From Propionibacterium ruminifibrarum (GTDB lineage Bacteria; Actinomycetota; Actinomycetes; Propionibacteriales; Propionibacteriaceae), in assembly GCF_900289195.1 (NCBI RefSeq), contig NZ_OMOH01000002.1, forward strand, positions 271,206 through 303,205: a stretch of 32,000 bases of DNA, in the 5' to 3' direction. A model generated the notes under the pieces. The model searched no databases, was not told the origin of the DNA, and worked only from the letters and a program-made list of their open reading frames with translations. Position numbers and translations under genes: made by a program. Below, piece by piece: positions 7,804 through 17,585 of the stretch; the stretch's first letter is position 1; the number at the start of each line of letters is the position of its first letter.

Positions 7804-8883
7804 TCAGGCGAGGTCGGCACCGTAGTGCTCCCTGACCTGCGCGACGAGGGACTTGACCTGCTGGGAGTCCGCCAGCGGGCAGACCAGGGTGGCGTCCGCG
7901 GTACGAACGACTGCCATGTCCCGCAGGCCGGAGACGGCGAGCACCGACTGCCCGGGGTCGGCGTTGACGAGCAGGCAGCCGGTGCTGCCCGAGACGACGA
8001 CATTGCCCTGTCGGACATTGCCCTGGTCGTCCTGGTCGAGTTCGTCGTGCAGATCGGCGAAGCTTCCGACGTCAGCCCAGCGGGCGGCGAGCGCGACACC
8101 GATGACATGCGCGTCGGTCCTGCCCTGGCTCACCGGTTCCATGACCGCGAAATCGACGGAGGTCTTGTACAGCTCGGGATAGATCTGTTCGAGCCGCTCG
8201 GGATGGGCGGCGAGCTCAGTGATCTTCGCGTAGCTGTCGGGAAGCAGCACGCGCACCTGGTCGAGCAGGGTCCTGGCCCGCCAGACGAACATGCCGGCGT
8301 TCCACCAGTACTCCCCCGAGGCCAGGTACTGGGCGGCCAGGTCTGCGTCGGGCTTCTCCTTGAACTCGGCGATCCGAGCCACGTCCGTGAACCCCTCGAC
8401 GGCGTCACCGCGGCGCAGATAGCCGTAACCGGTGTGCGGGCCGGTCGGGACGATGCCGAAGGTGACGAGCGCCCGGTCATCGGCCTCGGCGACCTCGAAG
8501 GCAGTGGTCAGCCGGGACGCGAACTCCTCGACCGGTTCGATGATCTGGTCAGCGGTGACGGTGGCGACGACGGCGTCCTCGTCGCGGCGGGCGAGCACGG
8601 CTGCCGGCCAGATGACCGCGTTGAGGGAGTCGCGGCCGACGGGCTCACCCAGCAGGTTCGCCGGGGACAACCCGGGCAGCTGGGCACCCACCTCATCGGC
8701 GTAGGCGGCACCCGTGCACACCAGGACGTTCTCCGGGCCGACGACCGCGGTGACCCGTTCGAAGGCCAGCTGCAGCAGGCTGCGGCCGTTGATCATCCGA
8801 AGAAGCTGCTTCGGCTCGCCCTGACGACTCAGGGGCCACAGCCGGGTACCGGAGCCGCCGGCCATGATCACTGCATATCTCAC
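7804..8883 (-). CDS. manC: mannose-1-phosphate guanylyltransferase (GDP-mannose pyrophosphorylase)
   Basis: Trimmed to GTG 8883 so the N-terminus reads (V)RYAVIMAGGSGTRLWPLSR, the canonical nucleotidyltransferase G-loop. Other motifs: KQLL, FGIVPTGPHTGYGYL, EFKEKPD, YWWNAGMFVW. Confidence 0.88.
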   Translation of the reverse strand: MRYAVIMAGGSGTRLWPLSRQGEPKQLLRMINGRSLLQLAFERVTAVVGPENVLVCTGAAYADEVGAQLPGLSPANLLGEPVGRDSLNAVIWPAAVLARRDEDAVVATVTADQIIEPVEEFASRLTTAFEVAEADDRALVTFGIVPTGPHTGYGYLRRGDAVEGFTDVARIAEFKEKPDADLAAQYLASGEYWWNAGMFVWRARTLLDQVRVLLPDSYAKITELAAHPERLEQIYPELYKTSVDFAVMEPVSQGRTDAHVIGVALAARWADVGSFADLHDELDQDDQGNVRQGNVVVSGSTGCLLVNADPGQSVLAVSGLRDMAVVRTADATLVCPLADSQQVKSLVAQVREHYGADLA

Positions 8884-9139
8884 GCATTCACCATAGGGCT
8901 GCCGCGGGCGGGCGGGGCGGCAATCACGCCGCGCCACGCCGATCATCGGGAAACCCTGAAGGGTATCCCCCATGGTTCCCCCAGGCCCCGGGGTCGGTTT
9001 GTCACGGGTCGGTGTGCCATCCGGCACATGGTGGGTGAGCGGGGCGAGCCACCGGTCCCAGGCGTCGGCGGCCCGTCCCTGGCACGCCGTGGCGGGCGGT
9101 CTGCCCCATGTGGCGGCCTGCTGCCGCTAGGTTAGGTGC

Positions 9140-10444
9140 ATGGCCGACAGCAGGGACGAATCGAGCCGCCAGGAGGACCTGGACTGGCTCTACCACCGTG
9201 CGCCCGGGGACGAGGCGACGGGAGTCCCCCAGGCCGCTCCGGCCACCAACATCGCCAATGACGCCGACATCCGGCGCCGCGAGCAGGCGTTCCTGGAGCA
9301 GCACCGCCGCCAGCAGGCCGCGCAGCACCGCCCCGACGCGACGAGCCGGTACGCCCATCAGCAGGGTTGGTCGACGGCCCCGCGCGCGACGGCCCCGACC
9401 CGCGGTGACATTCCCCGTGAGCCCGTCGCGCCGCCCGCACCCGCCCGGCGGCGTCGTGCGGCGCAGCCGGCGTCGCCCCGGCGGAGGCGCCACCGGCTGC
9501 GCCGCACCATTGTCACCCTCGTCCTTGCCTGGCTGGTCTTCACGATCGCCACACCCGCGTACGCCTGGGGCCAGATGGCAACCGCCGAGTGGGAGCCTGA
9601 CGATGCGGTCCGTGTCGCCAACCAGCCGGGCTCGGCGGTCCTGCTCGTCGGCTCGGACTCCCGGGAGGGCCTCACGGACGAGGAGAAGGCCGAGCTGGGC
9701 ACCGGTGACGCCGAGGGGCAGCGCACCGATTCGATCATGCTGCTCTACACCCCCCTGTTCGGCGACGCCGTCCTCATCTCGATTCCCCGCGACTCCTATG
9801 TGAGCATTCCCGGCTACGGCATGGGGAAGATCAACGCCGCCTACAGCTATGGCGGCCCGCAGCTGCTCACCGAAACCGTCGAGCAGGCCACCGGTCTGCG
9901 CATCGACGGGTACATGGAGGTCGGCTTCGCCGGCTTCGCCGACATCGTCGATGCGATGGGTGGCGTCGACGTCTGCCTGGACGAGCCCATGGCCGACGAG
10001 AAGGCCAACATCGACCTGCCCGCCGGCTGTCAGACGCTCGGCGGATCGGACGCGCTCGGCTACGTGCGTCATCGATACGGCGACGCGGAGGGCGATCTGG
10101 GGCGTGCCCGACGTCAGCGGGAGGTCATCTCGCAGATCGCCGGCAAGCTCAAGTCACCGTCCACCGTGCTCAACCCGGTGAAGTGGTGGCGCATCAACAT
10201 GTCCATGTCGGGGGCGATCAGCCGGGGCGAGGACATGGGCGTCCTCACGATGGGGGCCATGGCACGGGGAGTGCTGTCCGTCGCAGGAGGCAGCGGGACG
10301 AGCCTGCAGGTGCCCCTCGAGACGGCGGAGGGCTGGTCCGACGACGGCCAGTCCGTCGTCATCTGGGACAGCGAACGCGCCTCGGCCATGTTCCAGGAAC
10401 TGTCCGAGGGGGACACGAGCAACATCGACCAGTACGCGGGCTGA
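9140..10444 (+). CDS. LytR-CpsA-Psr (LCP) family cell-wall glycopolymer phosphotransferase
   Basis: 434-aa ORF with a Pro/Arg-rich cytoplasmic N-terminus and one TM helix (IVTLVLAWLVFTIATPAYAW). LCP core motifs follow: LLVGSDSR, RTDSIMLL, ISIPRDSYVSIPGYG..KINAAYSYGG, DALGYVRHRY and GDLGRARRQREV. Confidence 0.9.
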   Translation: MADSRDESSRQEDLDWLYHRAPGDEATGVPQAAPATNIANDADIRRREQAFLEQHRRQQAAQHRPDATSRYAHQQGWSTAPRATAPTRGDIPREPVAPPAPARRRRAAQPASPRRRRHRLRRTIVTLVLAWLVFTIATPAYAWGQMATAEWEPDDAVRVANQPGSAVLLVGSDSREGLTDEEKAELGTGDAEGQRTDSIMLLYTPLFGDAVLISIPRDSYVSIPGYGMGKINAAYSYGGPQLLTETVEQATGLRIDGYMEVGFAGFADIVDAMGGVDVCLDEPMADEKANIDLPAGCQTLGGSDALGYVRHRYGDAEGDLGRARRQREVISQIAGKLKSPSTVLNPVKWWRINMSMSGAISRGEDMGVLTMGAMARGVLSVAGGSGTSLQVPLETAEGWSDDGQSVVIWDSERASAMFQELSEGDTSNIDQYAG

Positions 10445-10461
10445 TCGGCGCGGCCGACCGC

Positions 10462-10971
10462 TCAGGCCTCGGCCCGACGGCCCCGCACCTTCGCGCCCTT
10501 GTCGAGGGCGACCTGGCGCAGGCCTGCCTGGAAGTCGAGCATCTTCGCGGTGAGCCCCGGATCTGCGCTGGCCAGGATGCGGACGGCGAGCAGGCCCGCG
10601 TTGCGCGCATTGCCGATGGCCACGGTGGCCACGGGCACGCCGGAGGGCATCTGGACGATCGACAGCAGCGAGTCCATCCCCTCAAGGTGCTTGAGAGCGA
10701 CGGGCACGCCGATGACGGGCAGTGGCGTCAGGGCGGCGAGCATGCCCGGCAGGTGAGCCGCTCCCCCGGCTCCTGCGATGATGACACGCAGGCCGCGTTC
10801 GTGGGCCCGGCGCCCGTAGGCCACCATGTCCTCGGGCATGCGGTGGGCCGAGACGACATCGGCCTCGTAGCCGACACCGAATTCCTCCAGCGCGGCGGCG
10901 GCCGGTTCCATCGTCGGCCAGTCCGAGTCCGAACCCATCACGATGCCCACCACGGGCGTGACCTCAGTCAT
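10462..10971 (-). CDS. purE: 5-(carboxyamino)imidazole ribonucleotide mutase
   Basis: 169-aa ORF. Motifs: [41 protein letters not shown]. It overlaps the purK stop by 8 nt. Confidence 0.95.
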   Translation of the reverse strand: MTEVTPVVGIVMGSDSDWPTMEPAAAALEEFGVGYEADVVSAHRMPEDMVAYGRRAHERGLRVIIAGAGGAAHLPGMLAALTPLPVIGVPVALKHLEGMDSLLSIVQMPSGVPVATVAIGNARNAGLLAVRILASADPGLTAKMLDFQAGLRQVALDKGAKVRGRRAEA

Positions 10972-12130
10972 CGTCTGCTCCCATCAGATAGGCGGCCGCG
11001 GCGCGGGCGCGGGCCTGCACCTGACCGCAGTCGTCACCATAAACCGTCACATGACCGCGTTTGCGGCCCGGACGCAGGCTCTTGCCGTAGAACTGCACGC
11101 GCAGACCGGGATCGGCTGCCGCCACGTGGGCGAAATCGCCCACGACGTCGTCGCTGCGCCCGCCCAGCACGTTGCGCATCGTGCACCACGGGGCCCGCGC
11201 GGCGGTCGATCCGAGCGGCAGGCCGGCGACGGCGCGCAGGTGGTTCTCGAACTGGCTCGTCACCGCGCCGTCGATCGTCCAGTGCCCGGTGTTGTGCGGG
11301 CGCATGGCCAGTTCGTTGATGACGACACGACCATCGGGGCGCTCCATGAGCTCGACGGCGAGCAGGCCGACGACGTCGAGCGCGTCGGCGATGCGCAGAC
11401 CCAAGTCCTCGATCCCGGACCGCTGGGCCGCTGTCAGGCCCGGCGCGGGGGTGGTGGTCTCGATGCAGACGCCGTCGTCCTGGATGGTCTCACTGACCGG
11501 GTAGGAAAGGGCCTGGCCGTCGGGGGCGCGCGCGACGATGACCGACAGCTCGCGGGTGAAGTCGATGTATTCCTCACCGAGGATGACGATCGGCTCGCCG
11601 GCGCTCGCCGCACCGGACTCGCGGAAGGGACGCTCGGCGTCCCCGGGACCGTCGAGCCTCCAGACGCCGTGACCGTCGTAGCCGCCTCGGGAGGCCTTGG
11701 CGATGATCGGCCAGCCGATCTCGGCGCCGAAGTCCCGCAGCGCGTCCGGGCTGCCGCAGACCCGCCACGTCGGGCACGGCAGGCCGAGCTCGCCGCCCAG
11801 GCGGGAGCGCATCAGGTACTTGTCCTGGGCGTGGACGAGGGCCTGCGTTCCGGGACGGACACCGACCCCGGACGCCTCGAGTCCGGCGAGCAGCGCGGTG
11901 GGGACGTGTTCGTGGTCGAAGGTGATGACGTCGCAGTTCGCGGCGAAGGCCTCGACGGTGGCCCGATCGGTGTAGTCGCCGACGGTCACGTCACGGACGA
12001 CCCTGGCCGCACTCACGTCGGGGCCCTCGGCGAGCAGCCTCACCGACAGATCGAGCCCGATCGCCGCCTCGTACATCATGCGGGCCAACTGCCCGCCGCC
12101 GATGATCCCGATCGTGCGCACCGCTCTCAC
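10964..12130 (-). CDS. purK: 5-(carboxyamino)imidazole ribonucleotide synthase
   Basis: 388-aa ATP-grasp ORF. Motifs: [61 protein letters not shown]. It has a GTG start, and an alternative GTG lies 9 nt downstream. Confidence 0.93.
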   Translation of the reverse strand: MRAVRTIGIIGGGQLARMMYEAAIGLDLSVRLLAEGPDVSAARVVRDVTVGDYTDRATVEAFAANCDVITFDHEHVPTALLAGLEASGVGVRPGTQALVHAQDKYLMRSRLGGELGLPCPTWRVCGSPDALRDFGAEIGWPIIAKASRGGYDGHGVWRLDGPGDAERPFRESGAASAGEPIVILGEEYIDFTRELSVIVARAPDGQALSYPVSETIQDDGVCIETTTPAPGLTAAQRSGIEDLGLRIADALDVVGLLAVELMERPDGRVVINELAMRPHNTGHWTIDGAVTSQFENHLRAVAGLPLGSTAARAPWCTMRNVLGGRSDDVVGDFAHVAAADPGLRVQFYGKSLRPGRKRGHVTVYGDDCGQVQARARAAAAYLMGADDD

Positions 12131-12166
12131 GTCTCAACCCTAACGGTGGCGTGAAAGGATGACCCC

Positions 12167-12883
12167 ATGAGCACTCACATCGTGGCAATGGGCGGCGGCG
12201 GTTTCTCTATGTCGAGCAATGGCGCCCCGACGAGCCTGGACCGGTACATCGTCGACCTGGCGGACAAGAGCGCCCCCCTCGTCTGCTTCGCCCCCACCGC
12301 CTCGGCGGACAACGCCACCTACATCAACCGTTTCCTCATGGCCTACTCCGGGCTCGGGGTCCGGACGATGGTGCTCACCCTGTGGCAGGGCGCGGCCGAG
12401 TCGGTGCGGCGTCTACCCGAGGCCGACGTCGTCCTCGTCGGCGGCGGCAACACCGCCAATCTGATGGCCCTGTGGGACGTGCACGGCGTCTCCACCGTCC
12501 TGCGCCGGATGGCGGAGGAGAACGGCCGGACCACCGTCTTCGGCGGCATCTCGGCTGGGGCCGCCTGCTGGTTCGAGGGCTGCCTGACCGACGCCTTCGG
12601 CGACCTGCGCGGCTGGCGTGGCGGACTGGGTCTGCTGCCGGGCAGCTTCTGCCCGCACCTGGACGGGGAGGACCGCGGAGCGGTCTACACCCAGGCCGTC
12701 GCCACCGGCATGGTCCCGGGCGGTTTCGGAGTCGATGACGGAGCGGCCCTGCACTTCGTCGATGGCCGGCTGTCGCGGGTCGTCGCCGAACGTGAGGGCG
12801 CCCGCGCCCTGCACATCGTGCCGAGCGATGAACCGACCGCATCCGGGGTGCTCACGGAGATCCTCACCCCCGAGCTGCTCTGA
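12167..12883 (+). CDS. peptidase E-like protein (S51 family, class I glutamine-amidotransferase-like fold)
   Basis: 238-aa ORF with AAAGGA 8 nt upstream of the ATG. Motifs: VLVGGGNTANL, FGGISAGAACWF (Ser nucleophile context), CPHLDGE (His). Confidence 0.78.
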   Translation: MSTHIVAMGGGGFSMSSNGAPTSLDRYIVDLADKSAPLVCFAPTASADNATYINRFLMAYSGLGVRTMVLTLWQGAAESVRRLPEADVVLVGGGNTANLMALWDVHGVSTVLRRMAEENGRTTVFGGISAGAACWFEGCLTDAFGDLRGWRGGLGLLPGSFCPHLDGEDRGAVYTQAVATGMVPGGFGVDDGAALHFVDGRLSRVVAEREGARALHIVPSDEPTASGVLTEILTPELL

Positions 12884-12886
12884 GCG

Positions 12887-12913
12887 GGCCCCGCGCCGTC
12901 CGGGCGCGGGGCC
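12887..12913. terminator. GC-rich hairpin between convergent pepE-like and TetR genes (candidate bidirectional intrinsic terminator)
   Basis: A perfect 11-bp stem, GGCCCCGCGCC (12887-12897) / GGCGCGGGGCC (12903-12913), with a 5-nt loop GTCCG. GGGGTTT follows on the + strand. The hairpin begins 4 nt after the pepE-like stop and ends 7 nt before the TetR stop. Confidence 0.65.
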
Positions 12914-12919
12914 GGGGTT

Positions 12920-13540
12920 TCAGGGGTCGAGACGGTCCGTTACGACATCGGCCTCCTGCTCGAACATCTCGATGAGCAGTCGCACGGCCCTGCCGAGATC
13001 TGTTCGCGCCTCGTCGAGCCCGATCGTATGGCGCTCGACGGCGTTCATGGTGGACATGAGCAGGCCCTGCGTCATGACGCCGGCCATGCGCGCCTTGGCA
13101 GGGTTGATCTGGGCCCAGAGGCGGCCGAGACCGCTGAACAGCGCGACGTGGGCCCGGCCGACGTTCCGGGCGGCGCTCGGCTTGAGCCGTCCGTCACCGA
13201 CGCGCATCAGCCAGCCATGTCCGGCGATGGTGGCCTGCTCCAGGTTGGCGATGGTCCAGGCGACGATCTGCTCGCGGGGATCGTCGCTGGCGCTCAATGC
13301 CTCCTCGACCGCCTCGAACCAGCCCGGCATGTAGCGCTCGACGACGAGACCACGCAGGTCGTCGACGGATTCGACGTACCGGTAGATGGAGTTGCGGGCG
13401 ACACCGGCCCTGGAACTCACGGCGCCCGCGGTGAGGGCGGCGGGTCCCTCCTCACGAAGGATCTGCTCGGCGGCGTCGATGAGAGAGGCCATGACCTGCT
13501 CGTGGTGCTCGCGCACGGTCGGTGCGTTGATCTTCGGCAT
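12920..13540 (-). CDS. TetR/AcrR family transcriptional regulator
   Basis: The N-terminal HTH reads LIDAAEQILREEGPAALTAGAVSSRAGVARNSIYRYVESVDDL. I chose the start at ATG 13540 (MPKINAPT...). The ORF is open to ATG 13576. Confidence 0.85.
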   Translation of the reverse strand: MPKINAPTVREHHEQVMASLIDAAEQILREEGPAALTAGAVSSRAGVARNSIYRYVESVDDLRGLVVERYMPGWFEAVEEALSASDDPREQIVAWTIANLEQATIAGHGWLMRVGDGRLKPSAARNVGRAHVALFSGLGRLWAQINPAKARMAGVMTQGLLMSTMNAVERHTIGLDEARTDLGRAVRLLIEMFEQEADVVTDRLDP

Positions 13541-13642
13541 GTGCCCCTCTTCCTGAGTCCGGCGCCCATGGCTCATCCACGCGGGACGGGGCTCCGGCGT
13601 TGAACCGATGGTATCGGGCGTCGCCGCTCGGCCTCAACGGTT

Positions 13643-14164
13643 TCACATGTCACGGTACTGCTCGGCGTCGGCCACGTAGACCAGTTCCCCGAGCACGCGC
13701 CGCACCCCGGCCAGGTCCGGTACGCTGCGCAGCTGAAGCGGGGTCGGGCCATGGGTGGCGACGAGGACCGTGCCCGAGCCGAAGAGCCTGTCGGCGAGGC
13801 TGCGACGGTAGGAGACCTCGCTCACCCGGTTCAGTGCGACATCGACGCCGGCGCGGCGGAGCAGGCCGGTGCGCACCATGATGCGGCGGCTCGTGATCGT
13901 GTACGTGGTGGACGCCCAGCGCAGCACCGGCAGGAGCACGAGGGCGACGGCGAGGAACGCGAAGACCGCGACGAGTACCCAGGTGCCGACCGGTTTCACG
14001 GTGGCCGGCAGTGCCGCGAGCAGCACGCCCAGCCCGGCTGCGAAGACGAACAGCACGAGGACGGGCCAGGCCAGGGCGCGCCAGTGCGGTCGACAACGGA
14101 CCACCACGTACTCGTCATCGGCGAACTCGCCGCGTCGTCTGCGCATCACCCCATTGTTGCGCAC
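13643..14164 (-). CDS. PH domain-containing membrane protein (bPH_2/YdbS-like)
   Basis: It shows the family pattern: DEYVVVRCRPHW, then two TM helices, then YTITSRRIMVRTGLLRRAGVDVALNRVSEV and LFGSGTVLV. The start is ambiguous between GTG 14164 and ATG 14146. Confidence 0.8.
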   Translation of the reverse strand: MRNNGVMRRRRGEFADDEYVVVRCRPHWRALAWPVLVLFVFAAGLGVLLAALPATVKPVGTWVLVAVFAFLAVALVLLPVLRWASTTYTITSRRIMVRTGLLRRAGVDVALNRVSEVSYRRSLADRLFGSGTVLVATHGPTPLQLRSVPDLAGVRRVLGELVYVADAEQYRDM

Positions 14165-14203
14165 TCAGGGCGAGGTGTCCCGGGGCCCGGGCGCGTGAGG
14201 GGC

Positions 14204-14995
14204 TCAGCGCAGGTGGATGACATCGCCGGCGCCGTAGGCGCGTCGCTCACCGGCGGCGTCCTCGATGATGATGGCCCCGGTCTCGTCGACGCCGACGGCA
14301 GTGCCCTCGACGATGCCGGCCGACGCCGACTCGACGTCCTGGTGGAGCCGGACGACCCGGCCCATGGTGTCGCAGGCGGTCGTGAACTCGTCGCGCAGCT
14401 GGCCGGTGCGCTGCCAGCGCTCGAACCAGCGCTGCAGGCTCGTCAGGACGTGGGCGGTGACCTCGTCCTTCCCGTGCGGCAGGTGGGCCAGGTACAGCGA
14501 GGTGGCTGTCGGTACCGGCAGCTCGCTCTCGTCCATGGAGAGGTTCAGCCCCCAGCCGAGGACCGCCATGTCGCCGACGCGCTCGCACAGGATGCCGCAG
14601 ATCTTCTTTCCGTCCACGAGCACGTCGTTGGGCCATTTCAGGCTGACCCGGCCGGGCGCGGCGCCGGTGCAGGCCTCGACGCCCTCCCGCACGGCCAGGC
14701 CCACGAGGATGCTCAGCCACCCCCACTGGGCCGGTTCGGGGTCCGGTGCGACGAGCGCCGAGATGGCGGTCGAGGTGCCCGGCACGTCCCGCCACTGCCG
14801 GTCGAATCGAGCACGGCCGGTGTCCTGGTGCTCCGCGACGAGGACGAGGCCAGGCCGGGCCCCGGCGCGGGCGCGGTCGGCGAGATCCTCGTTGGTCGAG
14901 CCGGTCCGCTCACACCACTCGATGGGACCCCAGCAACTGTCCGGGCCGAGCAGTTCGACCAGGTGGGGCACGTTCAGCGCAGCGGTGGTGGGCAC
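14204..14995 (-). CDS. birA: biotin--[acetyl-CoA-carboxylase] ligase, class I (no N-terminal HTH)
   Basis: Motifs: [45 protein letters not shown], and the C-terminal SH3-like segment [11 protein letters not shown]. The track ORF runs to 15280. I trimmed it to GTG 14995 (about 263 aa), and ATG 15070 is an alternative. Confidence 0.8.
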   Translation of the reverse strand: MPTTAALNVPHLVELLGPDSCWGPIEWCERTGSTNEDLADRARAGARPGLVLVAEHQDTGRARFDRQWRDVPGTSTAISALVAPDPEPAQWGWLSILVGLAVREGVEACTGAAPGRVSLKWPNDVLVDGKKICGILCERVGDMAVLGWGLNLSMDESELPVPTATSLYLAHLPHGKDEVTAHVLTSLQRWFERWQRTGQLRDEFTTACDTMGRVVRLHQDVESASAGIVEGTAVGVDETGAIIIEDAAGERRAYGAGDVIHLR

Positions 14996-15068
14996 GGCGT
15001 GCAGTCTATGCGCACTGGGGCACACGTGCGCGGCCGCCCGGCCGGGGCCGCCCGCTAAGGTTGGCCCC

Positions 15069-16646
15069 ATGGCAATGGATCCGCACACCACAGCCGGGAA
15101 ACTCGCGGACCTCGGCGACCGTATTGACGAGGCAATCCACGCCGCGTCCCCGCGCAGCGTCGAGAGACAGCACGCCCGCGGCAAGATGACCGCCAGGGAG
15201 CGCATCCTGGCCCTGCTGGACGAGGGCACCTTCACGGAGATGGACGAGTTCGCCCGCCACCGCTCGCACGCCTTCGGCATGGAGAGGCACCGCCCCTACT
15301 CCGACGGCGTCATCATCGGTCTCGGCAACATCCACGAGCGACCGGTCTGCGTCTTCAGCCAGGACGTCGGCGTCTACGGCGGCTCCCTCGGCCAGGTCTA
15401 CGGCGAGAAGATCTGCAAGATCATCGACTTCGCCGTGAAGACCGGTGTGCCGCTCATCGGCATCAACGAGGGCGGGGGCGCGCGGATCCAGGAGGGCGTC
15501 GTCTCGCTCGGCATGTACGGCGAGATCTTCCGCCGCAATACGATGGCCTCCGGCGTCATCCCCCAGATCAGTCTCATCATGGGCGCCGCGGCGGGCGGGC
15601 ACGTCTACTCGCCGGCCCTCACCGACTTCGTCGTCATGGTCGACCAGACCAGCCAGATGTTCATCACGGGCCCCGAGGTCATCAGGACCGTCACCGGCGA
15701 GGACGTCTCGATGGAGGAACTGGGGGGCGGCCGTACGCACAACGCCATCGCCGGCAACGCCCACTACCTGGCCACCGATGACGCGGACGCCATCGAGTAC
15801 GTCCGTGATCTCATCACCTATCTGCCCCAGAACAACCTCGAGGACCCGCCGGTCTACGACTACCCGGACGACATCGACGTGCCGATCACGGACCGCGACC
15901 ACGCGCTCGACGTGCTGATCCCGGACTCGCCCGCCCAGGCCTACGACATGCGTGAGGTCATCCGGCCCATCATCGACGACGAGGAGTTCCTCGAGGTCAT
16001 GGAGCTGTACGCGCCGAACATCATCTGCGGTTTCGGCCGCGTGGAGGGACGCACGGTCGGTGTCGTCGCCAACCAGCCGACGAACCTGGCCGGCTGCCTC
16101 GACATCAACGCCTCGGAGAAGGCGGCGCGCTTCGTCCGCACCTGCGACAGCTTCAACATCCCGGTGCTGACCTTCGTCGACGTCCCGGGGTTCCTGCCCG
16201 GTGTCGAGCAGGAACACAACGGCATCATCCACCGCGGCGCGAAACTCATCTACGCCTATGCCGAGGCCTCGGTGCCGAAGATGACCATCATCACCCGCAA
16301 GGCCTACGGCGGCGCCTACATCGTCATGGGTTCGAAGCACCTGGGCGCCGACGTCAACCTGGCCTGGCCGACCGCGCAGATCGCGGTCATGGGCGCCGAG
16401 GGGGCGGTCAACATCCTGTACCGCAAGCAGCTGGCGGAGGCGAGCGATCCCCAGGCCGAACGTGAGCGCCTCAGGCAGGAGTACGACGACGAGCTGTCGA
16501 ATCCGTACATCGCGGCGGAACGCGGCTACGTGGATCAGGTGATCTACCCGCACGAGACGCGCTCCCAGGTGGTGCGCTTCCTGCGTCTGCTGCGCTCCAA
16601 GCGCGAGGCCCTGCCCCCGAAGAAGCATGGGAACATCCCGCTATGA
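15069..16646 (+). CDS. accD5: acyl-CoA (propionyl/acetyl-CoA) carboxylase carboxyltransferase beta subunit
   Basis: The track ORF starts at 14265. I trimmed it to ATG 15069 ([15 protein letters not shown]...). Motifs: [80 protein letters not shown]. Confidence 0.93.
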   Translation: MAMDPHTTAGKLADLGDRIDEAIHAASPRSVERQHARGKMTARERILALLDEGTFTEMDEFARHRSHAFGMERHRPYSDGVIIGLGNIHERPVCVFSQDVGVYGGSLGQVYGEKICKIIDFAVKTGVPLIGINEGGGARIQEGVVSLGMYGEIFRRNTMASGVIPQISLIMGAAAGGHVYSPALTDFVVMVDQTSQMFITGPEVIRTVTGEDVSMEELGGGRTHNAIAGNAHYLATDDADAIEYVRDLITYLPQNNLEDPPVYDYPDDIDVPITDRDHALDVLIPDSPAQAYDMREVIRPIIDDEEFLEVMELYAPNIICGFGRVEGRTVGVVANQPTNLAGCLDINASEKAARFVRTCDSFNIPVLTFVDVPGFLPGVEQEHNGIIHRGAKLIYAYAEASVPKMTIITRKAYGGAYIVMGSKHLGADVNLAWPTAQIAVMGAEGAVNILYRKQLAEASDPQAERERLRQEYDDELSNPYIAAERGYVDQVIYPHETRSQVVRFLRLLRSKREALPPKKHGNIPL

Positions 16647-16891
16647 GCAACATCCCGCACACGCCGCCGCACAGTATCGTCGAGTCCGCCGAGGGCGTGC
16701 GGGTCGCGCGCGGCAACCCGACCGACGAGGAGCTCGGCGCGCTCACGGTCGTCCTGGCCGCCCAGCTCGCGGAGGCCTCGATCCACGAGAACCAGGACCG
16801 TAACGAGATCCCGGGGTGGAAGTCGTACTGGCGGGTGATCCGTCAGCCGCTGGTCCCGGGGCGGGAGTTCTGGCGCAGCTCGCTGCGCTGA
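16643..16891 (+). CDS. accE5: acyl-CoA carboxylase epsilon subunit
   Basis: 82-aa ORF with an ATGA overlap onto the accD5 stop. It has the hallmark [22 protein letters not shown] and a W-rich C-terminus, and it sits between accD5 and maf as in other actinobacteria. Confidence 0.8.
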   Translation: MSNIPHTPPHSIVESAEGVRVARGNPTDEELGALTVVLAAQLAEASIHENQDRNEIPGWKSYWRVIRQPLVPGREFWRSSLR

Positions 16892-16914
16892 GTCCGGCTG
16901 CGAAGGAGGAGACC

Positions 16915-17553
16915 ATGCAACTCGTCCTGGCGTCCTCGTCACGGGCCAGGCTCGCGACCCTGCGCGCCGCCGGCCTGCAACCGGTGGCGATCAGACCCGA
17001 GATCGACGAGACCGCCCGCATCGACGAGTCCGTCACCGAACTCGCCTGCCGCCTGGCCAGGCAGAAGGGCGAGAGCGTCCTGCGGATCCTGCGCGAACGC
17101 GATCTGCTCGACCGCGAGACCGTTCTGCTGGCCTGCGACACGATGCTCGAGTTCGAGGGGCGCACCTACGGCAAGCCGGGGACGAAGGCCTCCGTGATCT
17201 CGCGCTGGATGCGCATGCGGGGGCGGCAGGGGGTCGTCCACACGGGCCACTACGTGGCGGTCATCCGCGGCGGGCGCATCACCGAGTCGACCCGCGAGGC
17301 GGTCACCGTGCTGTCGTTCGCCGACCTGACGGAGCAGGAGATCGCCGACTACGCGGCCACCGGCGAACCGGAGGCGGTTGCCGGCGGCTTCACCATCGAC
17401 TCCTTCGGAGGCCCCTTCATCACCCGCATCGAGGGCGACCCGCACAACGTGGTGGGGCTCTCGCTGCCGCTCGTCCGTCAGATCCTGCTCGACCTGGGCG
17501 TCGCCTGGTTCGACCTGTGGCCGGTCCCGCCGGGCACCCAGGTCCGCGGCTAG
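16915..17553 (+). CDS. maf: Maf-like nucleoside triphosphate pyrophosphatase
   Basis: Trimmed to ATG 16915 (MQLVLASSS...), which is preceded by GAAGGAGGA at 16902-16910. Motifs: LACDTML, GKPG, GGFTIDSFGGPFI, GDPHNVVGLSLPL. Confidence 0.88.
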   Translation: MQLVLASSSRARLATLRAAGLQPVAIRPEIDETARIDESVTELACRLARQKGESVLRILRERDLLDRETVLLACDTMLEFEGRTYGKPGTKASVISRWMRMRGRQGVVHTGHYVAVIRGGRITESTREAVTVLSFADLTEQEIADYAATGEPEAVAGGFTIDSFGGPFITRIEGDPHNVVGLSLPLVRQILLDLGVAWFDLWPVPPGTQVRG

Positions 17554-17585
17554 GCCGCCACTGCTCCGGCCGACCGGGCCGGCCC

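Noticed and set aside
7720-12154. Long ORFs 7720..9135 (+), 9002..10072 (-), 10183..11319 (+) and 10943..12154 (+)
   Set aside because: They are antisense shadows of manC, the LCP gene, purE and purK respectively.
17566-17582. CCGGCC-gaccg-GGCCGG hairpin between the convergent maf and lipoprotein genes
   Set aside because: It has only a 6-bp stem and no flanking T or A tract. This is too weak to call a terminator in DNA this GC-rich.
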